DNA of 32,970 nucleotides, the filler included, from an uncultured virus (IMG/VR IMGVR_UViG_2522125174_000001) (Duplodnaviria > Heunggongvirae > Uroviricota > Caudoviricetes). It is 6 parts of one record of this genome, joined end to end, with 100 filler letters (N's around TTAATTAATTAA, not from the genome) between each part and the next. Parts side by side here need not be neighbours in the genome. Positions count along the whole stretch, not along the records: positions 17,359 to 23,185 come from IMGVR_UViG_2522125174_000001; positions 23,286 to 32,970 come from IMGVR_UViG_2522125174_000001; 4 more parts are not named here. One strand, written 5' to 3'. The first letter of the stretch is position 1, and each line of letters begins with the position of its first letter. The notes under the pieces were generated by a model. The model was not told the origin of the DNA and ran no database searches. It saw only the letters and a list, made by a program, of their open reading frames with translations. The translations under genes were made by a program, and so were the position numbers. Below, piece by piece: positions 20,641-31,280 of this stretch.

Positions 20641-22164
20641 ATGGAAATTACGTCTTCGCAGTCAACATCTTCATCACCTTCAATATCCAGAACACCCTCT
20701 CCTTCTCCTACGCTTCCCACTTCTCAAGAAACAGAAAGCAATTCGGGAAAAAATCAATTATCAAATCAACACATAAAAGGTTTCGTAGTTGACGCGGGCC
20801 AGCCTTCTAATCAATCCGATATTGGCTCGGCTACAAGAGTAGGCCGCGATCCAAAAGTTGATACAGTCTCTCAACAGTTAGAGAAAACCAAAGACCGTAT
20901 TCCTAGCGCTCTAGACTCAATAACAACAAACTTGAATCGAATATCTGGAAGGCTCGGTCAATTAGAACCAAAATTTCTAACTATAGCGCTTCCCGTATGC
21001 GTAGCTTCTCTATCCTTCTGGCTTTATGCAACGAATACTTTCCAGACTTTTCAGGGCAAGCCTAATCATCAATCTGAACCTTTGTTAGATAATCTCTTAA
21101 AGCAGGTCAATCAATTCGAGCAAGCAAATGATAATATGCCTAACCGTCTAGATTTGCTGGAAGCTGAGCTTAGCCGCCTTTCTGCATTGCTGAATCAATC
21201 GAATCCGCAATCTTCACATCCCGCCCTTTCTGCCTGTGTCTTTTCCATATTCCTTTGCTTCTGCGTAATTAGTACTTTGTGGAAAAAATTGAATAGCCAG
21301 TCCATACAAAATAAAAAACTAGAAGAACAGCTTATCCAGCTCAAAAACGAAAAAACTGATCTAGCCATTGAATTTAATAACCAATCTGCGCTAAGCAAAG
21401 ACCAACTCTCAAAACTCCAAGGATTGGAACAACAGCTCAGCCAACTTACAAACGAAAAGACTGATCTAGTCATTGAAGTTAGTAACCAATCGGAACACAT
21501 TCAGACTTTACGAAATGAGTTTGATACTCTGCATAATCGCTTTCATTTGAAAAACGAAAACTTGCCTTGGGCTAAATTGACTGGAGTACCGACAACTTTA
21601 GGGGCATTTGGTATTACTGATGCTATAACAACTGAAAAATTTGAAGCCGTGTTTAACAGTTTTCACCCCAAAAACTGTGAATTGGATTGGCAAAAAATTT
21701 CCAATACGCCATCTACTATCAGTGGATATGGCATCACTGACGCCGCTCCTCTTGGCAGTCCATTTGTCGGCACGCCCACCGCTCCTACGCCCAACAAGGC
21801 CAGAAATTACAGTACCCAAGTTGCCACCACTGCTTTCACTCAGAACGCTATTATGTCTGCCTTTACTGGACCTGACCGGCAATCTTTAGAGACTCGAGGA
21901 GGTTATCAAGCATTACCTGGCGGACTTATTTTCCAATGGGGACTCACTTATAGCAACAGCGATGGAATGTCCAATGTGACTTTCCCTATCAAATTTCCAA
22001 CGAAATTTATAGGCATTCATGGCACTCACATCGGCGGTGGAAATGCAACCGTTATTGAATATGTTGGGACTCGAACTAATCTAGGTGTCACATTGCGCAC
22101 CATTAATGAAAATAGTCACACCTCCGAAGGATGGGGCGTTCAATGGTTTGCTCTTGGAGATTAG
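20641..22164 (+). CDS. Chimeric protein: Ser/Pro-rich N-terminus, two hydrophobic segments and coiled coils, fused to a tail-fibre C-terminal region
   Basis: Intact 507-aa ORF with a GGAG RBS. From ~21514 it is clearly paralogous to the 7456-8445 fibre (GITDA repeats, GTPTAPTP, LPGGLIFQWG, ATVIEYVGTRTN, GWG..WFA.G). Confidence 0.8.
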   Translation: MEITSSQSTSSSPSISRTPSPSPTLPTSQETESNSGKNQLSNQHIKGFVVDAGQPSNQSDIGSATRVGRDPKVDTVSQQLEKTKDRIPSALDSITTNLNRISGRLGQLEPKFLTIALPVCVASLSFWLYATNTFQTFQGKPNHQSEPLLDNLLKQVNQFEQANDNMPNRLDLLEAELSRLSALLNQSNPQSSHPALSACVFSIFLCFCVISTLWKKLNSQSIQNKKLEEQLIQLKNEKTDLAIEFNNQSALSKDQLSKLQGLEQQLSQLTNEKTDLVIEVSNQSEHIQTLRNEFDTLHNRFHLKNENLPWAKLTGVPTTLGAFGITDAITTEKFEAVFNSFHPKNCELDWQKISNTPSTISGYGITDAAPLGSPFVGTPTAPTPNKARNYSTQVATTAFTQNAIMSAFTGPDRQSLETRGGYQALPGGLIFQWGLTYSNSDGMSNVTFPIKFPTKFIGIHGTHIGGGNATVIEYVGTRTNLGVTLRTINENSHTSEGWGVQWFALGD

Positions 22165-22298
22165 CCGGGCGATTATTGATATAGTTTATGCGAATACCGG
22201 GTACCCCTCCGGTCGGGCTTTGCTTTCTCTCGGGAGCACCTTGTATTCGTACAACCGAAGTTGAACGGTGGTGTATCAGTTTAAATCGCTGTTGATAG

Positions 22299-22559
22299 CT
22301 ATTTCGTTGGCTCCACCTTTTCACCCCGCCGATTGCGAACATAGTGTTCCGTCATCTTGATACTCGTATGCCCCAACTGCTTTTGCGCGCGACGAATATC
22401 CCCCGATAACTCTGCCCTGTCTGTCCCCGCTTTCGCCCGCAAATCTCGAAACTGATACTCCTCTGCACATAAGCCTGCCGCAGTGCGCGCTTGCGCAAAC
22501 ATCGCTTGTAGCGTTTTTAACGCGACTCGCGCTCCTAACTCATTCACTACCAAATCCAC
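22299..22559 (-). pseudogene. int: Tyrosine integrase, C-terminal remnant
   Basis: QFRDLRAKAGTD…AQKQLGH…MTEHYVR.R.G contains the catalytic R, H and Y motifs. The N-terminal part is missing. Confidence 0.8.
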
Positions 22560-22725
22560 ATGCTGTTTGACAGCAATGGAATGTCTAATGTGATTTTCCC
22601 TGTCAAGTTTTCAACGAAATGTCTGGCCATTCATGGCACTCATCTCGGCACTGGATGTGCAACCGTCATCGAATATGTCGGGACTCGAACCAATATAGGC
22701 GCCACATTGTGCACTCTCGATGAAA

Positions 22726-23380
22726 GTAAGCGCGAAATTAAACCCACCTTGTCATTTTAAAAGTCAGAAAAGAGAATGATTCTTTTTTGAAAAGGGTCAG
22801 AAATGAAAACCAGTGAAGTGGTGTTGACGACCTTTGACGGACACTTTTAAACTACCTAAAAAGGAGTCTTTAATGCGTAAAAGCAAAGCGCCGTATCCAT
22901 CGGCATTCCGTGAACAAATACTAGAGCTAATACAAGCTGGCAAGAGTGTTAAAGAGTTATCCAAAGAGTTCGATTGCTGCCCTAAAACAATCCTGAGTTG
23001 GGTAGCGCAAGCCTCAATAGCTCAAGCTCCTAAATCATCGATCAAGGCGGGCCTAAATACTGCAGAGGGAGAAGAGCTCAGTCGCTTACGCCGTCAAGTA
23101 AGGCAGCTCCAAATGGAGCGGGATATCTTGGCAAAGGCTACGGCCTGGTTTGCCGCAAAAGGCGAGAAGATACACACTCCCTCTTNNNNNNNNNNNNNNN
23201 NNNNNNNNNNNNNNNNNNNNNNNNNNNNNTTAATTAATTAANNNNNNNNNNNNNNNNNNNNNNNNNNNNNNNNNNNNNNNNNNNNTTTACTCCCTTTTAA
23301 TTTCCACACAAGCTCTGACGCTTCTTGATAACTCTCTGAGTTGCACATTTATGTCAAGGTGGGGTTAATTTCGCGCTTAC
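22726..23380. mobile_element. IS66-family element (interior lost in an assembly gap) with an 8-bp target duplication
   Basis: Terminal inverted repeats GTAAGCGCGAAATTAAACCCACCTT / AAGGTGGGGTTAATTTCGCGCTTAC. CGATGAAA is duplicated at 22718-22725 and 23381-23388. Confidence 0.8.
22814..23185 (+). mobile_element. IS3-family element left end with OrfA (ATG 22873), nested in the IS66-like element
   Basis: TG…GGACAC end and AAGGAG RBS. MRKSKAPYPSAFREQILEL…ELSRLRRQVRQLQMERDILAKATAWFA is an HTH/leucine-zipper OrfA. Confidence 0.75.
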
Positions 23381-23493
23381 CGATGAAAATGCCATGACCC
23401 GCGCAGGATGGGGCCTTCATTGGTTTGCTATTGGACATTAATTTGCCCTCTCATGTCTATTCTTCTGTTTTCTATTTAAACCCACTTCATAAT

Positions 23494-23913
23494 ATGACTT
23501 TTTATTATTCAAAATCAGAACCCGGATTTTACTGCGTCGGGATACATGGCGATAACATCCCTAAAGATGCTGTCTCGATTACTCAAGAAGAGCACACCGC
23601 ATTGCTCAATGCCCAATCCAAAGGCAAATGGATCCAGTCTAATGAGAACGGCTACCCAGTGGCTGTTGACCCGCCTCCACTTACCCCTGAGGAGTGGGCC
23701 GACATTAATTCACGCCGTCGACAAGCTCGGTTGAGTCAAGCGGCTTTAAAAGTCGCTCCTTTACAAGATGCCGTAGACCTCAACATCGCCACGGATGACG
23801 AAAAACAGCTTCTCAAAGAATGGAAACTTTATCGGGTCGCTCTCAACCGCATTGAGCAGCACTATAGCCTTTCCGCCGAGATCGACTGGCCTAAACCGCC
23901 TGATGAGAATTGA
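23494..23913 (+). CDS. tfa: Tail fibre assembly chaperone, copy 2
   Basis: Near-identical to 8498-8917. Confidence 0.85.
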   Translation: MTFYYSKSEPGFYCVGIHGDNIPKDAVSITQEEHTALLNAQSKGKWIQSNENGYPVAVDPPPLTPEEWADINSRRRQARLSQAALKVAPLQDAVDLNIATDDEKQLLKEWKLYRVALNRIEQHYSLSAEIDWPKPPDEN

Positions 23914-23931
23914 ATCCATTGATATTGTGTC

Positions 23932-23957
23932 GACCGCCTTAGAGCGGTCTTTTTTTT
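23932..23957 (+). terminator. Rho-independent terminator-like hairpin, copy 2
   Basis: GACCGC-cttaga-GCGGTC followed by a T-tract. Confidence 0.7.
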
Positions 23958-23981
23958 CATCTACACACTTATAAAAAATTC

Positions 23982-24407
23982 ATGACCGACACCTTTGACA
24001 GGGCCACACTCGTTTCGGAGCTTAAACGCGATGAAGGCGAGCGCTTTAAACCCTACTTCGATACCGTCGGCAAAATCACCATCGGCGTTGGGCGCAATCT
24101 GACGGATGGGGGCATTTCTGAAAACGAATGCGAGATCCTTTTGCACAACGATATTGCTCGAACGCTTCAGTGGCTGGATCGGCATTTACCCTGGTGGCGG
24201 ACCCTGAAGGCGGTATGGCAACGCGTGCTGATCCATATGGCCTTTAACCTGGGCGGCCATCTTCTGACCTTTGTTCATACTCTGGACGCCATGCAACGCA
24301 ACGATTACACAGCCGCGTCTAACGAAATGCTCGCTTCAAAATGGGCGAATCAGGTCGGCCAACGAGCGCAGCGCCTCGCCAATATGATGCGCACCGGAAA
24401 AATTTAA
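23982..24407 (+). CDS. Endolysin (GH24), copy 2
   Basis: Paralogue of 8987-9412 with the catalytic E…D…T motif intact. Confidence 0.9.
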   Translation: MTDTFDRATLVSELKRDEGERFKPYFDTVGKITIGVGRNLTDGGISENECEILLHNDIARTLQWLDRHLPWWRTLKAVWQRVLIHMAFNLGGHLLTFVHTLDAMQRNDYTAASNEMLASKWANQVGQRAQRLANMMRTGKI

Positions 24408-24423
24408 CTCTCAATATTAAAAA

Positions 24424-24720
24424 ATGAATCTTCACGAACATGATCGAACGTTTGTTGCCACGCTTGCTGCGATGGGCGCGGTGATTGGGTTTGGCCAGCT
24501 GCTCACCGGTGGCGAGAAAATCACGGCTCGACTGATTATCGGGCGCATGATCGTCGGCGCGGGCTTAAGTGTCGCTGCGAGTTCAATCCTCACGCTTTTG
24601 CCTGAATTACCTGCGATTGCTATCACGGGTCTCGGCGCAGCCTTCGGTATTCTCGGCCAGTCTTACTTGGAATTAGCCGTACAACGCTGGTTGGGTAAAC
24701 GCTCAAATCATGCTGAATAA
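24424..24720 (+). CDS. Holin, copy 2
   Basis: Paralogue of 9429-9722. Confidence 0.8.
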   Translation: MNLHEHDRTFVATLAAMGAVIGFGQLLTGGEKITARLIIGRMIVGAGLSVAASSILTLLPELPAIAITGLGAAFGILGQSYLELAVQRWLGKRSNHAE

Positions 24721-25228
24721 TTGGATCGCGGCTCTATTGAGACCATTGTGCATCGCAGCAACCGCGTTCAGCTTTGGCGTAGGATGCGCAGGCCATTTTT
24801 ACTACGGCCCGCGTATTCAGAAAGAACGTTCAGCGCTGGTGCACTATAAAGCCCAACTCGCCATGGCCCATGCCCAATTGATTGAAGCCCAAGCCAAAGT
24901 CGTTATCCAAACCGAAATTCAATACCGTGATCGCATCAAAATCGTCAAGGAAAAAGGCGATACGATTATTAAGGAAGTGCCTATCTATGTTACCCAAGCT
25001 GATAACGATCGCTTCGGCGTTAACGTTGGCTTCGTGCGCCACTACAACGCTGCATTTGCCAACGAGCCTGCCGAAACTCCCTCTGAATTTGACCGAAGAC
25101 CCGCCGGAATTTCGCTTGCTGAGATTGCCGAAACTAATGCCTTTAACGCCAATATCTGCCACCAGTGGCACGAACAAGCACTGGGATTGAGGGCATTTTA
25201 CCGTCAGCTTCAGCACACTCACAAATAA
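24710..25228 (+). CDS. Rz-like spanin, copy 2
   Basis: Paralogue of 9712-10254. Confidence 0.65.
   Translation: MLNNWIAALLRPLCIAATAFSFGVGCAGHFYYGPRIQKERSALVHYKAQLAMAHAQLIEAQAKVVIQTEIQYRDRIKIVKEKGDTIIKEVPIYVTQADNDRFGVNVGFVRHYNAAFANEPAETPSEFDRRPAGISLAEIAETNAFNANICHQWHEQALGLRAFYRQLQHTHK
24987..25190 (+). CDS. Embedded Rz1-like lipoprotein, copy 2
   Basis: MLPKLITIASALTLASC lipobox, 67 aa, AAGGAAG upstream. Confidence 0.65.
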   Translation: MLPKLITIASALTLASCATTTLHLPTSLPKLPLNLTEDPPEFRLLRLPKLMPLTPISATSGTNKHWD

Positions 25229-25246
25229 GCCCTAATAACCGTATGT

Positions 25247-28200
25247 TCAGAGTTCTTCAACAGCGCTTTCTTCTTCATTCATAGCGTCCACCAAAACGAT
25301 ACTATCCATTTCGTCAGAATTCTCTTCGGAAAAGGCTAGAGCATTTCTTTGTTTTTGTGCGAGCAAACGAGCATTACCTGGACTTAAATCCCGAGTGCCT
25401 TCAATCAACAAATCGCCTACGAAAAGCTCGTTTTGATGTGAAGCCCAGCACAAACTAAATTTCCAGCCGTTTTCTTTGCGCGCTAGCTGAAAAATACGAG
25501 CCATATTTTCGTTCCCTCCCAGCACAATTCTAGCTGAGTCTTCCGCAACCTCTTGCCAAACAATTGAATTAACTTCCCCAACAAAAGCTTGAATCTTTGC
25601 TTTACATTTGCCTGTGTCTAACAACCACAGCCTCATTATTCTTTCAGCACCCCCAGATGCTAACCACTTGCCATCTGGCGAGAACGATACACTCATCACT
25701 TCCCCACGATGTCCTTCAAGCGTCTGACGCAACAACACTCCTGCGCTTCCTAGCTCCCACAACCTCACTGTCTTGTCAGCACTCCCAGACGCTAACCACT
25801 TGCCATCTGGTGAAAACGATACTCTCGTCACTTCCCCATGATGCTCTTCAAGCGTTTGACACAACAACGCTTCTGCGCTTCCTAGCTCCCATAGCTTTAC
25901 CGTCCTATCCCCGCTCCCAGACGCCAACCATTTACCATCTGGTGAAATAGATACATCCCACACTGTATCATGATGCCCTTCAAGCGTTTGACGCAACAAC
26001 GCTCCTGCGCTTCCTAGCTCCCACAACCTCACTGTCTCGTCAGAACTCCCAGACGCCAACCATTTACCGTCTGATGAAAACGATACTCTCGTCACTTCCC
26101 CATGATGCTCTTCAAGCGTTTGACGCAACAACGCTCCTGCGCTTCCTAGCTCCCACAACCTCACTGTCTCGTCAGAACTCCCAGACGCCAACCATTTACC
26201 GTCTGATGAAAACGATACTCTCGTCACTTCCCCATGATGCTCTTCAAGCGTTTGACGCAACAACGCTCCTGCGCTTCCTAGCTCCCATAGCTTTACCGTC
26301 CTATCCTCGCTCCCAGACGCCAACCATTTACCATCTGAGGAAATAGATACATCCCACACTGTATCATGATGCCCTTCAAGCGTTTGATGCAACGAAGCTC
26401 CTGTGTTTCCTAGCTTCCACAGCTGCAACTTCCCATTATTGGTCGATGCTAACCACTGGCCATCTGGCGAGATAGACAAACTCGATGTCGCCGTAGAACG
26501 CTCTTCAATCGTTTGATACGATAACGCGCTTACGCTTTCTATATCCCACAGCTTTACCGTCCTATCCCAACTCCCAGACACTAACCACTTACCGTCTGGC
26601 GAGAACAATACACTCCGCACTGGCTCATAATGCCCATCAAACATTTGGCGCAACAACGCTCCTTCGCCTCCTAGCTCCCATAGCTTCACCGCGCCATCCC
26701 AAGCACCAAAAGCTAGCCATTTCCCGTCTGACGAAAACGACACACTCGCCACTGCACCGCTATATCCTTCAATCGTCTGGCGCAACAGCGTTCTTGCGCT
26801 TCTCAGTTCCCACAGTTTTACTGTTCCATCAAGACTCCCAGACGCTAACCACTGGCCATCTGGCGAGATCGATACACTCATCACTCCCCCACGATGTCCT
26901 TCAAGCGTCTGACGCAACAACACTCCTGCGCTTCCTAGCTCCCATAGCTTTACCGTCCTATCCCCGCTCCCAGACGTTAACCATTTGCCGTCTGGTGAAA
27001 CCGATACACTCGTCACTTCCCTACGATGCCCTTCAAGCGTGTACTGCAGTTGACCCGTTTGTACTGCCCATAATTTGATCGTATTGTCGTAACTGCCTGA
27101 GACAAGCCATTGCCCCTCTGGCGAAAACGCAACGCTCGAAACCTGAGCATTGTGCCCTATAAATGTGCTCTGTAACCCACCCGATTCAACTGACCTTAGC
27201 TCCACGACAATAGTATTGGCCAACGCGAGCCATTGGCTATCTGGCGAAAACGCGATGCTTTTCACTCCCGATTCCCCCGTTCCAATATGCAGCGTGGCAT
27301 ACTTGAGTTCTAGAGTTTGCGCCTGATACAGTTTGACATAGCCACTAGCTGTGCCAACAGCTAGCCAGTGACCGTCTGTCGAATAACTGCAATCTTGAAC
27401 AAAATCTCCTACCTCTAACGCAGGCATTTCACCAAATTCAACATCTCTCAACGTTGCTGCACGCATATTGGCCCCGCGTAACCACACACCGAGCAATTTC
27501 ACCTCGCTTAAATCAGCACCTTCAAACTGGGTTCCATCAAATATGCCATAACTTAAATCCGCTCTGGGCACGCGTATCCCGTTGAAATTTTTGTTATTCA
27601 AATGCACGCCGGCTTTCACCAATAGAGTGAGTGCATTTGCGGCACCCCTCTCAAACTGAGCACCGTCTTCTCCTTTAGATTGCTCTACCACGCTCAAAAG
27701 CTTGCTTTCTAACTTCGGCTCTCGCTGCATGCGCTCGGCTAAAAACTGCAATACCGCTGGATCGTTCACAATATTTAACGTATTGAACGCAAAGGAAGGT
27801 TCAATCTTGTTATGAGTATCTAACTCTTCCCACAGCGCTCGAGCCACAAAATAATCCTGCATCGATTTATGAATAAACCGGTATTGCTCTCCTTGGCGGA
27901 TTAACGGCGCATTAAACCGCAATAACCGCGTCTCTTCACTCTTATTTCCAAAGTATTTTTGTTTCCAATCTTCCGCCTTTGCCCCACTTACTCCCGAATA
28001 TGTCACCACTACCGCTTTATCTTCATGCATCTGGACCGCTAACTCTTGGCTAAATACCAATCCATACGCCGTAAAATTATCTTCATCCAAACGATTNNNN
28101 NNNNNNNNNNNNNNNNNNNNNNNNNNNNNNNNNNNNNNNNNNNNNNNNNNNNNNNNNNNNNNNNNNNNNNNNNNNNNNNNNNNNNNNNNNNNNNNNNNNN

Positions 28201-30588
28201 NNNNNNNNNNNNNNNNNNNNNNNNNNNNNNNNNNNNNNNNNNNNNNNNNNNNNNNNNNNNNNNNNNNNNNNNNNNNNNNNNNNNNNNNNNNNNNNNNNNN
28301 NNNNNNNNNNNNNNNNNNNNNNNNNNNNNNNNNNNNNNNNNNNNNNNNNNNNNNNNNNNNNNNNNNNNNNNNNNNNNNNNNNNNNNNNNNNNNNNNNNNN
28401 NNNNNNNNNNNNNNNNNNNNNNNNNNNNNNNNNNNNNNNNNNNNNNNNNNNNNNNNNNNNNNNNNNNNCATTCTTCAAATACTCGTGCTTGACCGGATGG
28501 ATAAAATTTGCTTTGATAACGGTCTCCTAAATATTCGGGGCGGCTGCTTATTATGACTTTCGCCTGCCATTTCTCGAGTTTGTTATCGGTATAAAACGCA
28601 CGAGAACGTTGCGCAATCTCATCATAGCCATCCAAAATAAAAATAAATCGCACACCTTTACGTAAATCTTCTATCTGGTGTTTAGATAAACCTTGTTCTT
28701 CCAGATATTGTTCGATCAAATTTCTGCCGGGGTTCTCTAGCGTAGCCAGTGAAATGAATAATGGGATTGGCCTTTCTTGGGTATTTTCCGCTTGTGTATA
28801 GTCTTTCCATAACCGATGTGCCAGGTAACGGTTAAATGTTGACTTTCCGCTTCCGCCCTCACCTAACAGCAACAAGACTTTTTTATCCGAATCCAAAAAC
28901 TCATTGACCTTCCCTTCTAAATCAAAATGTTCTGTCGCCTCCGCTGTGAGCTTACCTTGCGGTGCAACATACATCGCCAAACCATCCTGGATTTCTCCAA
29001 GCTCTTCCCAGTCCTTGAAATATTCTGCCTGGATACTTTCACCTAAAATCGCAAGTGGCTCTTTCTTCGATTTCAGTTCTTTTTCTTGCTGATGCTTCAA
29101 TTGTTGATGGAGTTGCTGCACGGTAAGGGCAAGCTCGTTGTGTAACGCTTTCCGTATATCATCGAAAATACTGTCTACGAGTTGGGTAAACTCAAGCCCA
29201 TCAAACTTTGAATCGTTCTTCAAATGCGAAATACAATCGCTGTACCCCTGCCAAAACTTATTCAGAAACGTTTGGGCTTCGTCACTACCCGCTAACAGCC
29301 GCTCGATCAGCTTAAAGAGCACCCCATGCCGACTTTGATTCGCATACACTTCTCGCCCTGCTTGCGCTTGTTCTTCAAAGCGCGGTATGTCTTCCATCCG
29401 AACCGCTGTCGCTGAAACAAAATCTGACAAGCACGCATCGTAGCTATTCAAGGTTAACGCAACCGGAATAATCCCATGCTTATCTTTAAGCTCTTCTGCT
29501 CGGATTTGCAAAAATGCCATTTCTGTCAATACATGATGGAACCCGGCCTTATAGCTTTCCTCTTGCGAGAATTCTCTGACCACCTCACGTATCGCCATCG
29601 CGCTATCTTGCTCACTATCTTTAAGATACGCTTCTCGATCTTTGCGATACGCCTCTCGCAGTTTCTGATAAAAATGGCCATAATCCGACCACTTTAGATA
29701 ACTTCCCAATACCTCAGAACAACACACCGTGACCTTATCGACCGGGGTCACATCGCCTCGCAACCGCCCCGGTAATAGACACAGCTGATTGGTTAAAATA
29801 TCTTCTAGCTTGCCGTCCTTTTTCAGATCTCTCGAAACACTTGAATACGGTTGCCCCATCGGCGTTTGATCCGAATACAAAATCACTTGAATTTGAGAGA
29901 GCTTTTCAATTAAATATTTAGAGGTAGAGGCCTCAGCCTTTCCGTGGGCTGGATTGTCATGCGCATATACTAAAAACAGGCTGGGTTTATTCGCGACCTT
30001 TAAGGCACCCAGCGTCGACAGCGCCTTTTCAAACAGGTAATCCATCTGCTTGCTTTTTTCTTCGATAGACACATCAACCTCTCGTTGCAAAGGCGTTAGA
30101 CTCAGTTTTGAAGGCCGCGCATTTGCAACCCACTCTTTTGTTGGATCCAGTTGTTTTCTATTCCCCTCGCTCACACTCTCATTTTTAATTAAAAATGAGC
30201 CGTACCGTGCGCCTATTTGTTGATGCAACATTCGCGCGCCGGTTTGCTTCATATCCATATAAGGCGCGTACTCTAACGCCTTTTTATAATTCTCCTCAGC
30301 GCCGCATTTATCGTCTTTGCGTAGAAAAGTGCCATAGTAAAAATGGCTTGCGGCAAGTTGCTCTCTTATTTTTCTTAATTCAGACTCATTTTGAGTGCTT
30401 TGCAGCACGTCTTCTGCTTTGCGAATCCCCGCTTCAAAACATTCCTTTGCTTTCTCCAGATATCCTTGCGCCTCATAGCCCGTCGCTTCCTCTCGAAGCT
30501 TATTGGCTGCTGACAAGCCAGAAACTGAAGTGGGGGTCGGATTAACCCCTCTACCCCCAACCCCCATCAATACATTCAAATTAAACAT
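25247..30588 (-). CDS. NLR-like protein 4: TPR-like + TIR/SEFIR-like + NACHT + pentapeptide + ~14 WD40 repeats (gap 28097-28468)
   Basis: The N-terminal part has TPR-like helices, SLFLVYAHD…, GEGGSGKS and FIFILDGYDE. The C-terminal part has FNAPL…FIHKSMQDYFVA, pentapeptides and 44-aa WD40 repeats. The halves are colinear with NLR1 across the gap. Confidence 0.8.
25981..26287. repeat. Perfect 132-bp tandem repeat (about 2.3 units) within the WD40 array
   Basis: Unit starting CAAGCGTTTGACGCAACAACGCTCC recurs at 25981, 26113 and 26245. Confidence 0.9.
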
Positions 30589-30848
30589 TTTCTTTTCCTT
30601 TTATTACTTATTCGAATTACGTGGATAAAGAACGCCGCTCACCCGGCGAGCGTGGACGCGAAGATTTCATTGGCTTCGACGCTATCCCATTGAAGTTTAC
30701 TTCGCGCAATTCTACTGCAAAATTTGCTTCGGAAAATAAACACCTAATTCGCCCTAATAAGGCCTAAAAACGCATAATTTGGCTATTGTTCCGAAGCAGA
30801 GAATCGTCTATCCTGTTGATTATATTCATCTTTGTTGATTTCCCTCCA

Positions 30849-30910
30849 GGACTCGAAAGCCGGTATACTGGTCCCCAGTATCGAGGGTTCAAATCCCTCC
30901 CTTTCCGCCA
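30849..30910 (+). other. att-core: 3' part of tRNA-Ser(CGA), copy 3
   Basis: Same as copies 1 and 2 except one T>G in the anticodon stem (…CTCGAAAGCCGG…). Confidence 0.85.
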
Positions 30911-31280
30911 ATTCCCTGATGCTATAAGGCTTTCCCGTTTCAAACCTCCGCTTCTGCGCCGGTTTTTGCTTCGTTAGCCCGCTTCCAATCCCTTGTTTGG
31001 CCTCATCACTAAAAGCCCTGCGCCGGTCTTTTGCTTCGGAATGCGTTATTTCGTCTGTTTTTTTATATGGCTTATTGCAATGGTCATTACGGCGAAGAAA
31101 CGTTTGGGCTGAATCGGAGCTTGAAATGATTTTTTATCGTTTTGCGCCTTGCTGTGGAGAACAGCAGAACAAATATAAGATGGGAAAAATTTCTAGATGT
31201 TTTAGAGGGAAAGTAGCTGCCAGATCTATTGGCTTTTTGTACTAATATATGCCGCTTCTACTGGTGGGCCTGGTACGGGG

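Larger units (their letters stand above)
22574..23441 (+). pseudogene. Tail-fibre tip fragment, near-identical to 8241-8445, interrupted by an IS
   Basis: 22574-22725 matches ~8241-8392 with few substitutions. The sequence resumes at 23381 through the TAA stop. Confidence 0.85.

Noticed and set aside
22560..22760. Invertible tail-fibre shufflon
   Set aside because: All fibre copies are in the same orientation, I found no inverted recombination sites, the fragment is nearly identical to the main tip, and the adjacent recombinase is truncated.
25600..27060. CRISPR array or DGR template/variable repeats
   Set aside because: The units are 132-bp in-frame WD40 repeats with no unique spacers. There is no cas or reverse transcriptase gene in the window, and no adenine-specific variation pattern was evident.
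25597..27078. Plus-strand repetitive ORFs opposite the WD40 array, and other short antisense ORFs in the track
   Set aside because: Shadows of the real genes, with no RBS or recognisable motifs.
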